Origin: Ophelia neglecta
Lineage: Eukaryota
DNA: 64,000 nt
Direction of reading: 5' to 3'
NCBI GenBank assembly: GCA_965285935.1
Contig: OZ260664.1
Coordinates: 80,786,001 to 80,850,000 of the forward strand
The notes below the pieces were generated by a model. The model was not told the origin of the DNA and ran no database searches. It saw only the letters and a program-made list of their open reading frames with translations. The first letter of the stretch is position 1; each line of letters starts with the position of its first letter. Of the stretch, positions 35,802 to 47,200 are shown piece after piece. Position numbers and translations under genes: made by a program.

Positions 35802-38800
35802 ATGGCAGATGAAAAGCGGAGGGGAGAGGATGGTGTGGAGGAAGGAGGGCCGGGATCTGCTTTTGCAGTATTTGTCATCATGGAAGAATTACTAGACAAA
35901 TTCAAGTTGTTACACTATGAAGAAACGTTTTGCAAACAACTAGGTTTTAAGCCATTCTCTAGGTAAATAAAGTATCAATTTCATATCTTTCTTATTGAGG
36001 CCTATTTCTGGTTTTCAGGATTTAAGTGTCTGTCATTGGAGCCATTAAAATCATTAAAATCTGTAAAAATTGCTCCAAATTAACCACCCTGTGGACTGGG
36101 ATCTATTGTATACAACAGCGGTCCCTGTGATGTAGGGCCCCCCTAAATCAGATAAAAAGTGGTCCTACATTGCAGCTGGCCCTCCATCAGAGGCACTTTA
36201 GCATGGAAAAGATAGGACATTGGATTTTAAAATCTGTCAAGCCATAGCAGGTGGACCTTCATCAGAGGGACCCTACATGATGTACAAATGTACTATATAA
36301 ATGGTTGTTAATTTATATTATAGTGGAATGATGCTCCACATGTCTTAATGGGAAGTTGTTTTCTGAAAAACTGCATTAGATATTTTACAGGGTCTCTTAA
36401 TTTCTTATATTTTCTATTATCAAGGGCTATATGAATTGTGATAACCAGTTGATAAAGTTTGTCCTTTTACTAGAACTCTCTTGTCAATTTTTATCTCTTT
36501 ATTGCAGACACTACTTCGCCCTGCCCACAAACTCAGGAGAGCAGTTCTTCTCATTCACATCGATATCAGCCTGGTTACTACAGATGTGTGGAAAGCACTT
36601 TGAGCAACCACAAGAAGTAAGAAAATGATCAAACACTAGAATGTGTTTAGGATCTGCCAAGTCATCAAGATTTTCATTAGTGTTTGCTTATTCCCCGTCA
36701 ATTTACAGAGTAACAATAATTCTCAATATGCATTTCTGCATGATTTTAAAAATTTGAAACTGATAAGTGAAGGGTAAATGATTTTTCTTTGTAAGTGATT
36801 TGTGAAGAAGTCATGACAGTGTTTTAATACAGTTGTTAATTTGTGTCCTTCCAGTATGATGACCCAAATGCTACCATTTCAAGTATATTGGATGAAGTTA
36901 GGAAATTGGTAAGTCCTTTATTCATTCGAAATGAACATGATGAGTGAATTGAAGTAGTGTATCTCTTGTATTAAACATAATTAATAATTCTGGTGTACGT
37001 CTGCCTTTAAGAACCACACTCCTGACTTTGCACCTAACAAGTTGAAGACCGGGTGTGGTGAGCAGTGTGTTTGGGTGTTAGACAGACTGGCTGATGAGGC
37101 CCTAAAGGCAAAGGGTTTTGCATGGAAAGCGTAAGGACCTTAAACTCATCTGGGGATAAAGCAAAATTAATAAATACATAGATATTATGGCAACTAAAAA
37201 TGCATATCATACATTTAAAGGATAACTGAGACTATTAAATGGCCAAAAGGCATAGAATTTCATAGTTGAAAAAATCCGGTGTTTCTTAGATAATTGCACA
37301 ATTGTTGAAAAAAAATTAACATAGATATATTGTTGAAAATATCGAACCCCTTGGTAAAAGTTATTGCAGGACAATAAATGCCTTTAATGTGAGGATATAT
37401 TGTGGTTGTAGACCAATTTACCCTGAGGAAGAAATGGATGAAGAGAATATCATAGAGGACGACGCTGAGCTGACCCTGAACAAAGCTGAAGAAGAGATTC
37501 CTGAAGACGACGAGGAGGAGTTTGAGGAAGAAGAAAACATACTGGGATTAGATGATCTGAAAAAATTAGGGACTAAAATGGTAATCACAGTGTTAAACAT
37601 GAGCCTGTAATCATACTGCTAGGTGTAGGCAAGAAATCACAGTGTTATTTGTAGACCAATATTCATAGTGTTAGATGGAGGCTGTATTCTATATGGCACT
37701 TATTCAAAGATAGAGGTCCTTCACCATAGTATTAGATAGAGACCCTTCACAATAGTGTTACATGTAGCTCACGTATCTTAGTGCGAGATGGAGGTCCTTC
37801 GCCATAGTTTTCGAAAGAAATTTTAACATAGAGATCATGTTGTATGAAGTCTCTTAAATTATTTGTTAAAAAGTACTGATGTTACAAAATTTTCTTCTAA
37901 AATCAACAGCCTCACATATAGGGATACCTGAAGTTTCAGTATTGAATTTCAATCTTAGAAACTATCCCAGTTCCCTGTCTTTTTCATTGTATATTTGTGT
38001 GGTTTTGTTTCCAGGACAGTAGTGATGGTAACAAGCCTGAGGAGATCCTGGAATCAAACCAGGATGCTGCCGAGTGGAAACTGGAGGTGGAGAGAGTGTT
38101 ACCGCAACTTAAAGTCACCATCAGAACGGACAATAAGGTAACTAGTGCAATTCTATCTGCTAAAATTGTATATTAATAAAGGTTTTTCTGTAAAAAAAAA
38201 ATAGTTCTACAATGAATTTTGTCATTCCCACTTTTTAGAATTTAAATACTTATTTAGATTAGGGTGATTGTGCAGCATCTGTGAAATTCATATTTCCCTT
38301 CCCTATTTACATATTTATATGTATATATTTATAAAACATATGTTACAACCATAAAACTATAGAAGTTTTCATTGTACAGTTTTAGGGTACACGCTACATT
38401 TACTAATCTTTGCATTTCTTTCATCATAGGACTGGCGAGTTCATGTGGAGCAGATGCATCAGCATCAAGATGGCATTGAAAATATCCTGAAGGATACTAA
38501 AGTACAACTTGACAAACTGTATGATGAAATCACACGCACCCTAGAGAAGATCGGCAGTCGAGAAAAATTCATCAACAATCAACTGGAACCCCATCTACAG
38601 GTAATCTATATTGTAAGGTTTAGGGTATACCATTTAATAAAGAACAAGGATAGGAAGGACTGCTTAGGCTCTGACTCACCTGATTTGATAATTATGAGAC
38701 CCTTACCTAATTCTGAATTGTTCATTTCCCACCACTTACTGCATGCCCCGTTCACCCATGCAGAGATATGTTGTTTTATATTTGACAGGAGTTCCGTGCC

Positions 38801-39845
38801 ATGCAGGACCAGCTGGCTGAGACCAAGGAGAGGTACAGGCAGGCCAGTGGAGGTGTCACAGAGAGAACCAGAGTACTAGCTGAAGTAAGCCATCACACCT
38901 GATATGTTATAGATGTGATTGGATAAGTCTCAGAGCTTTTGTATGATAATAGGTTTATATGTGCCAAACAGAATTGTAATGAATGTGATGGCTATATTTT
39001 AAAAATGCTTTGTCTTAATGATCTAATTAAAATGCATAGCTAATAAAGGAAACCCCTTAGTCTTAGAATAAATATATAGCTTTTTTTTGGATCCTTATAC
39101 TTAAAAAAGGGGACTTTGAAATTACAATGCAAGACGCTTCCAAAATTTGGCACAAAATTTACTTATTTTATTGATTTATAAAGGATGAATCTTGACTTTA
39201 TGCATTTATTCACATCATAATATAGCAGTGCACCTTACTACTCGCAGGTAACTGAGGAACTCGAAGGGATCAAGCACCAGATGGACGACCGAGGAACCAG
39301 CATGACTGATGGAGGTACGTGATGGCTTTTATGCTGTAGATATTCTTAAAAACTAGAATTTTAACTTCTATTTTGTCTCAAAAACCATCTCGCTCTGTGG
39401 CCTCAGTCGCATAGGGCAGTCACAGAGGGTAGGTTCAGATGGTACAGTAAAACCTGCCTTTAAGACAACCTCTATATTCAGAGCACTTGGCAATTCAGAC
39501 CACTTGCATGAAGACCATACAGCATTCTTTCTTTCAATATAGTCCCAGAAGGGGAGTCTCTAAGGCCAGTCCCCAAGGGACAGTTCTTTAGAAACACTGT
39601 ACAATGTATTAATTATTGTATATTCTGATTTTTAAAAAAACTAATTAATAATTCCAGCTCCATTGGTAAAGATAAAACAATCCATTCAGAAGATTAAAAC
39701 AGAGATAAACCAGATGGACATCAGAATAGGAGTACTCCAGCATGTACTACTACAGGCCAAATTAAAAGACAAAAACGACCAGAATAGAACGATAGCATGC
39801 GGCGACGACATGGATGACGACTACAACAATTTTAAGGGATTCTAG
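35802..39845 (+). CDS. IFT57: Intraflagellar transport protein 57 (HIPPI), 10 coding exons
   Basis: Exons approx. 35802-35962, 36508-36616, 36855-36908, 37012-37130, 37412-37580, 38015-38137, 38430-38600, 38789-38884, 39248-39314, 39658-39845. Diagnostic peptides [105 protein letters not shown]. Likely non-coding first exon with donor gtatgt at ~35202. Confidence 0.95.
36116..36290. mobile_element. Pogo/Tc1-like MITE remnant
   Basis: Starts cagcggtccctgtgatgtagggccc, the inverted counterpart of the 29331-29355 end; shared internal sequence. Confidence 0.65.
37585..37835. repeat. Degenerate ~25-nt minisatellite in an IFT57 intron
   Basis: Recurring (ttca)ca(c/t)agtgtta(g/a)at(g/a)gag motif. 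Confidence 0.55.
39443..39601. mobile_element. Old pogo/Tc1-like MITE
   Basis: tacagtaaaacctgcc ... acactgta ends (TA-CAG...CTG-TA). Confidence 0.5.
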
Positions 39846-41224
39846 TGATGATGAAATGTCTGCAACAATATAAATGTGTTTATCTAGAAATCTCAACTCT
39901 TATCACTGGTCTCAAATTTATATATTTTATTTATTTATCCAAATAAAGACAATTTGATATGAAAAATATTACCCTGCAGTGAAGTTATACCATGATCCCC
40001 AGCCCAGACATTTAAATCACTGTTGTACATTTGTATATTTTGTATATTATGTACATGTTGTTGTAAAACTTATAATTCTAGCTGTGATAATCATTAATAT
40101 TGTTCAATTATTATTGGTAGATTAAAGAGGTGAAATATTTTGAATTGCACCATGAGCATTCCCTTTATTTTTGGTAGTTTATCCTTCTTGCTGACTTTTG
40201 AATATTATTAAAGATCTATAGAAATCCGTCCAATAAGTGTAAATCACCCAAGCTACAATACTTATTATTTAGCATGGGATCCATTGTCACCTTACTTGCT
40301 GAATAAATGATATGTTTTGAAATAGCATAAAAGTTTTTCATTAATTTCATTAACTATGGAAGCAGATATACTGGGAACAGCTGTGCAATGCTGTTGAGTA
40401 AGCCAAAATGCATGTTGAGCAATTACCTATCAGTACCCAGTCACGTGACAGAAAATTACCTGTACAAGTAATGTATTTAGTGGTTTACCAGTCTTTGTTC
40501 ATTAATACCCATACAGTGTACTAGTATGCTCCCATACAGTGTCGCAATCATGCTGTAGGCCCACTGGTAACTCATAATGTAAAACTGTATAATATTCCCT
40601 TATTGTTTGTGATTCGTTTAGAGCAAAAATTATATCGCTGCCCTCTAATTCTTCATTTTAGTGGCATCCTCAATAGGTCCTCATCGCGCCTCTAAAGTCA
40701 TGAGCATAATTTTAAGGTTTTGACCCTACTCGCAAATTTTCAGAATATATTGATTAAGTAATATACAGGTCTTACAGTAATTAAATAATGTAGCTTACTT
40801 AGTATATTGAAACTGTGATTTATCGCTCATGAAATGTAAAAACATTGCATTATTATGGTACCCAGCTCTAGGCATGCACCTCAATGTCAGCTTGTGAGTC
40901 ATGGTTGTCTTTACAAACTAACTTGCAAGGTTTTCTCGCCGAGTGTATGAACTATTCTCTACTTATAGATAACATATTTTATCATTATCATTACAGATAG
41001 CATATTTTATCAGTAACATAATTGGAAAAAATTACCTATTTAATAATAAATCAAATTATGATATAATTATAATTTGCATTTTAGACTGTTATTAAATAGA
41101 GTCTACAGCTATGCGAAAAAATTGTATGTCTTGCGAATTCAAAAGATGATTTTTATTCACTACCATACTACTAAAAGGAGCTAACACGTCAATACGGGTA
41201 CTACTTTTAAACAATCTTTAGTGT

Positions 41225-41290
41225 GTAATGACGTAAACAAGGGGTTATTTTTAGGACCGGAAGAGGAATTCCTGACCTGTTAAAAATGGC
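41225..41290 (+). promoter_or_regulatory. Probable sacsin core promoter
   Basis: tgacgtaaacaa (CRE/forkhead-like), ccggaag (ETS) and aaaatggc (YY1/Kozak-like) clustered before an ATG at 41286. Confidence 0.45.
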
Positions 41291-44200
41291 TGATCAAAAC
41301 ATTCAGGGTCAGCTGTCATATATATTCTTTCAGACGAAAAGGTACGAACTAACTAAAGTGTTGACTTTATCATCAGTGATATCGATTGGCGATAATGATG
41401 GGATCTTAACCGATCAGTCAAACAAATAGCTTTAATTTGTAAAGTGATATTATTTCGCTTTCAATAATCACAACTGTCTCTATGGTATTATAAAACTTGA
41501 ATAGCCTATCAATATTGCTGGTGTGACTATGCAGTTGTTAGAGTCATGCTCAAATGTGTCATGTCATCAGTGAAGTATGTCGATGTAATGTCTGTTGAAC
41601 GGTCATTAATGACGCTCTTGGAAGTATTTAGCACATATTGAATGATAATGACTCTTTCAGGATGTGGTTGAACATAATATTTGACGCCGAAGACTTCCGT
41701 GACTCCCTGGTTTAGGAAGCGGAGAGAAAGAGTTGAATTGCATGAAGTTTTGATTGGTTTCATGTGAAGAATATGGATAAAGTACAAGTGAAATCTCAAG
41801 CTGCTGTGGCAGGTATGTCGTGTAATAAACATCTTGTTTGTGAAATTGGACCAGATTGTCTCAATATGCTATGGTTTATCCTACTCGATACTTTTGTATG
41901 TAAGTGTAGCGAGGAAATAAAGTAGTAGTAGTTCTCAGCTGTCAGTATGTACTTTGTTGTCACTCAGTACTCAGCATAAACCGATACACATACACAACTT
42001 GAAACATGGTGGCAGCGGTTTGTCTTATTGCATAATTGGCATAAGATACCACGGCTTCGTTCCTCATCAATCGGTGGACATAAAAACTCCGACATTTCTC
42101 AGGAACGTCATTCTCAAAACGGCAAGTTGTGTCATCTCACTGGTCGCCATATGTAAAAATCTGGCGCCAATCGGCACTAGTACTAACTCTCAATACCGTA
42201 TAAATTCTCACTCGTAGACGCTCAGACCTTAATTCTAAAGTGAATCTCAGTCCTCAATCGCAGCTATATATCAGTGTAACTCGCTGTTTTGCTGACATTA
42301 TAACTGTCATCTCGCTCGTAGTAAATCTGTAGCGAAATACACTGCTCGACAAAAGTTATGGCTGCTGCAATCACTATAGGACCTCCACCACCTCTCTCCC
42401 TTCGGGAACAAGATAATTCGGAGGAATGGAAGATGTTTAAGCAACTTTTTACCAATTACACGACTATAACTGAACTGGACAACAAGCCAAAAGCATACCA
42501 ACAGGCTGTATTTCTCAACTCAACTGGCCAAGCAGGGATAAAAATCTTCAATAGCCTTCAGTTTGGTGAAGGTGAAGATAAAGAAGATGTAAAAACAATA
42601 ATAAAGAAATTTGATGATTATATAATTGGAGAAAAGAATGAAACATACGAAAGGTATAAATTCAACTCCAGAAGTCAAAATATTTCTGAGCCAGTTGAGG
42701 ATTATGTGTCGTCACTCATCACACTCGCAAAATCATGTAATTTTTGCGACTGCTTGAAAGAAACTCTCATAAGGGACCAAATTGTCTTCGGTATACGGGG
42801 TGACAATGTCCGCAAAACTCTACTTCAGAAACGTGACCTTACTCTCAAAAAAGCAATAGATATTTGTAGATCCTCTGAGGCAACGGACAGACATCTTAAA
42901 GACATGGGTCGAGTGTCCCAAGATGAAGTAAATAAAGTCTATAGAAGGAGACAGAAAAATCCATCACAGAACTCACAATCTTTACCAATGCTGGACAACT
43001 GCAAGTACTGTGGTAAAAGCCACAGAAGAAAGAAAGAAGATTGCCCAGCATGGGGTAAAAACTGCAAAAATTGTAATGAATTAAATCACTTCAGCATCAG
43101 ATGTCCTAAGAAGAAGAAAAAAGTCCACACGGTAGAAACGGGCAACAAAGAAGAAAGTGACTCGGATGTAGAATCTATCTCATGTGTCTCTGGAAATCAC
43201 TCCTCAAAGGGAGGAATCTATGCAGAAATGCTCATCTCTGGGCAAAAGTCTCCGGTTAGGTTTCAGATAGACTCGGGTGCAACTGTAAACGTACTGCCAA
43301 AACAATACTTACCTCACTCTGATCTGGAAAGCACATCAACTACTCTCCGCATGTATGACGGGTTGATTCTAGTGCCTGAAGGAAAGGCCAAAGTGGTTGT
43401 GATAAATCCTCAGAACAACAAGAAGTACAACGTTGAGTTCACGGTTGTAAAAGGTGCCTCATTCACACCACTACTCAGCAGAAACGCAGCCGAGAAAATG
43501 AAACTAATCACTGTGAACTATAACAACTTCAAGGTCTTGAACACTATCAGCGAATCTGCTCAAACAATACTCGATGAATATCAGGACGTCTTCTCAGGAA
43601 CTCTCCCAGGTACCCTACCTGGTAAGGTACATCTCCACATCGAAGAAGGTGCACATTCAGTTCAGTGCATACCAAGAAAAATACCTGTCTCAATGAAAAA
43701 GAAAGTTAAGCAAACGATTGATGAAATGGTAGAAAGTGACATTCTCATTCCGGTGGATGAACCGACTGACTGGTGCAGTGGCATGTCTGTTCAGCAGAAA
43801 AGTAATGGCAAGGATGTGCGCATCTGCATTGATCCAAGACCGCTCAACTTAGTGCTGCAACGAGAACTTTATGAACTACCAGTCATCGATGATGTTCTTC
43901 CGGAACTGGCAAAAGCCAAAGTCTTCTCAAAATTCGATCTCCGCTCAGGGTATCTTCACTGTACCTTAGACGATGAAAGTAGCTACCTAACCACGATGAT
44001 CACCCCATACGGACGGTATAGATGGAAAAGACTTCCATTCGGACTCAAGGTTAGTAGTGAAATCTTTCAGAAGAAACTGCATCAAGCTCTCTGCGCTTTG
44101 GACGGCGTTGAATGCATTGCAGATGATCTCATTCTCTGTGGTATTGGCGAAACAATGGAAGAGGCCATCAAGAACCACGACAAACGACTCAATGACCTAC

Positions 44201-47200
44201 TGAAAAGATGTAGATCAGAGAAGATCAAACTCAATAGGGACAAATGCATCGTACAAACTACAAGTCTCCCATTCGTCGGTCACCTGGTGACTAACGAAGG
44301 TCTCAAGCCTGACATGAAAAAAATCGAGGCAATTCTAAAGATGCCAAACCCTACCAACTACACCGAAGTGCAAAGACTCCAAGGCAGTGTTACTTACCTT
44401 GCTAAATTTCTGCCTCACCTCTCAACTGTAATGGAACCTATTAGAAAGCTGACTCACAAAGTAAAAGAGTGGGAATGGACAGATGAACATGATAAAGCCA
44501 TGTCCCAAGTGAAGCAGCTACTGACCTCAACTCCAGTCCTAGCATTCTACGATCCTGCAAAGGAGCTACGCATTCAAGCCGACGCTTCCCAAACAGGACT
44601 CGGAGCGGTACTCCTCCAAGACCAGCATCCAATTTGTTATGCTAGTCGGGCGCTTACACCCACAGAAGAACGTTACGCCCAAATAGAGAAGGAGGCTCTA
44701 TCCATCGCTTATGCTTTGGAACGATTTCATCAGTACACATTCGGGAGAAAAACAATAATTGAAAACGATCATAAACCAATTGAAGCAATTGTGAAAAAGC
44801 CTCTCCACAGAGCCCCGAAACGTCTTCAAAACATGCTGATGAGAATCTTGAACTATGACACCGAAATTATATGGAAACCGGGAAAGGAAATGCATATCCC
44901 AGACATGCTATCGAGAGCATATTATAAGGAGAATACAACCACTGATGAATCGGAAAACATCAAAATGATAGATTTTGTCGCCATAGGAAAATCCAGACTC
45001 GCGAACATCAAACAAGCCACACGGGAAGATGAGTCACTTCAGCAACTCAAGAACATTATTCAGAATGGCTGGCCGGATTCCAAAAATGAACTGCCAAACC
45101 TTGTGACTCCTTACTACAACATCCGTGATGAACTGTCCATACAGGATGGAATTATATTCCGTGGAGAACGCATCGTTATTCCAGAGTCCATGCGCGGTGA
45201 AATGAAAAAAGCCCTTCACACATCACACTTGGGAATTGAAAGTACCCTTAGACGTGCTCGTGACTGTCTATTTTGGCCTGGAATGTCTGCAGAAATCAAG
45301 CTGATGATCCAAAGATGTGAAGCCTGTAGATCTTTCGATACCACACAGAACCCCAAAGAACCTTTGATGCCCCACGAGGTACCATCTAGACCATGGGAAA
45401 AAGTTGGCGTAGATCTATTCCAGTGGCAAGGAAAGGACTATCTGGTGACTGTGTGCTATTTTTCCAATTTTTGGGAAATCGACAGACTTTATTCACTTGA
45501 TTCAAAAACAACAATCAAGAAACTCAAAGGACACTTTGCGAGATATGGTATTCCCAATGAGGTCGTCAGTGACAACGCCAAGCAGTTTACCTCATCAGAA
45601 TTCCAAAATTTTGCAAAGGAATGGGATTTTGATCACTACACTATCTCTCCGAAACACAGTCAGGCCAATGGCAAAGTCGAATCCGCAGTAAAGTCAGCCA
45701 AGAAACTGCTAAACAAATCCAAAAAGTCCAAGTCGGACCCATATCTGGCACTACTGGAAACCAGAAATACACCATCGCAAGGAGTTTGGAAGCAGCCCAG
45801 CACAAAGGCTTCATAGCCGCAGGACAAGAACTCTCATACCCATATCAAACACATTGCTTATTCCCCGTGGGAGCGATATTGTATCTAGTGAACGAGAAAA
45901 ACTGAAGGACCTCCAGAAAAAACAGGAGGGTGTGTTCAACAAACGCGCCAAGGCGCTGCCTGAACTTAATGAAGGAGATATGATTAGGATGAAGCCATAT
46001 CGCATGAATGATAAAGAATGGCTTAAAGGAACAGTCTCGAAGCAATTGGACTCTCGGTCATATGAGGTTGAGACCATGCAGGGTCTATTCAGGCGAAATC
46101 GTGTCGACTTAAAGAAAAGTTATGAAATCCCCTTGGACCTCGGGGGAGATAACATAGCAGAGGACAGGGTGAAAGATCAAGTTGCGGTTCTTCCTAAAAG
46201 CCAAGATCAAGTGTTAACAAAACATGACACTACAAAAACTATACTGGGAGCAAACGCAAACTCTCCAAAATCACCAAAAAGTGCTCCATCTTTGGCTAAT
46301 CCACCAACTTCACTCACTAGTGTTAAAACAAGGTCCGGCAGACAAATTAAAAGCCCAAAAAATCTGGAAGATTATGTGAAATAGTTCCATTTAGTAACGT
46401 TCATCTAATAGTGGCAAATAATAAGACACTTCAACCTTTAAGTTTTGATTAAAAGTAGTTTTGTGGAGTTTAAGTTACTCGCTAATTAAAGAAGGGAGGA
46501 TGTCTCAATATGCTATGGTTTATCCTACTCGATACTTTTGTATGTAAGTGTAGCGAGGAAATAAAGTAGTAGTAGTTCTCAGCTGTCAGTATGTACTTTG
46601 TTGTCACTCAGTACTCAGCATAAACCGATACACATACACAACTTGAAACACAGATCCCTAGATCCCCTGCTCCGGCCACACCTCCAACTCAACATTTTTT
46701 GATTGACAACAAGATATTATATGAATTAAATAATTGATATGCGTTAAGCATAGACATCATAAAAACAATTGCTTCAGACTTCAGTAAACCAGCAATATCA
46801 CATTTTAAAGTAACAACATGCGGCAAAATTTATATGGTGTTTATTAAACACTAAATTTATTTATTATGTGTGTATTAAAAACTAAATTTATTTATTATAT
46901 TTAGTATTGTGTATTTTTCTTCACTTGTAATCACTTAAAATTTGATTTGTTCCCTCCTACATTCAGACAATGAAGAAGACTATGGATTGATAAGACCAAA
47001 CCTAATTCGTCAGCTGAGGTCCATTTTAGATCAGTACCCTGATGATGGTCAAATATTGAAGGTAATGAATATCCCTGGGGCCTGCACTCCAGATATAATC
47101 AAGGACAAAAAGTTCCCTTCTTTGTAAAGTACCTCCTTTTCACCCTAATTTTCTTCAGAAACTGCCGCTTTTCATCTTAAAAAGCACCTAATTTTTCAAA

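Larger units (their letters stand above)
41857..46650 (+). mobile_element. Full-length Ty3/Gypsy (Mag-like) LTR retrotransposon, 4.8 kb, in the 5' intron of sacsin
   Basis: Identical 150-bp LTRs (TG...CA), 5-bp TSD cagat (41852-41856 and 46651-46655), PBS, PPT and a gag-pol ORF. Confidence 0.97.

Noticed and set aside
45854-46384. Separate ORF2/env in the Gypsy element
   Set aside because: It is the frameshifted integrase C-terminus (continues SPAQRL..RRTRT); no signal peptide or TM.
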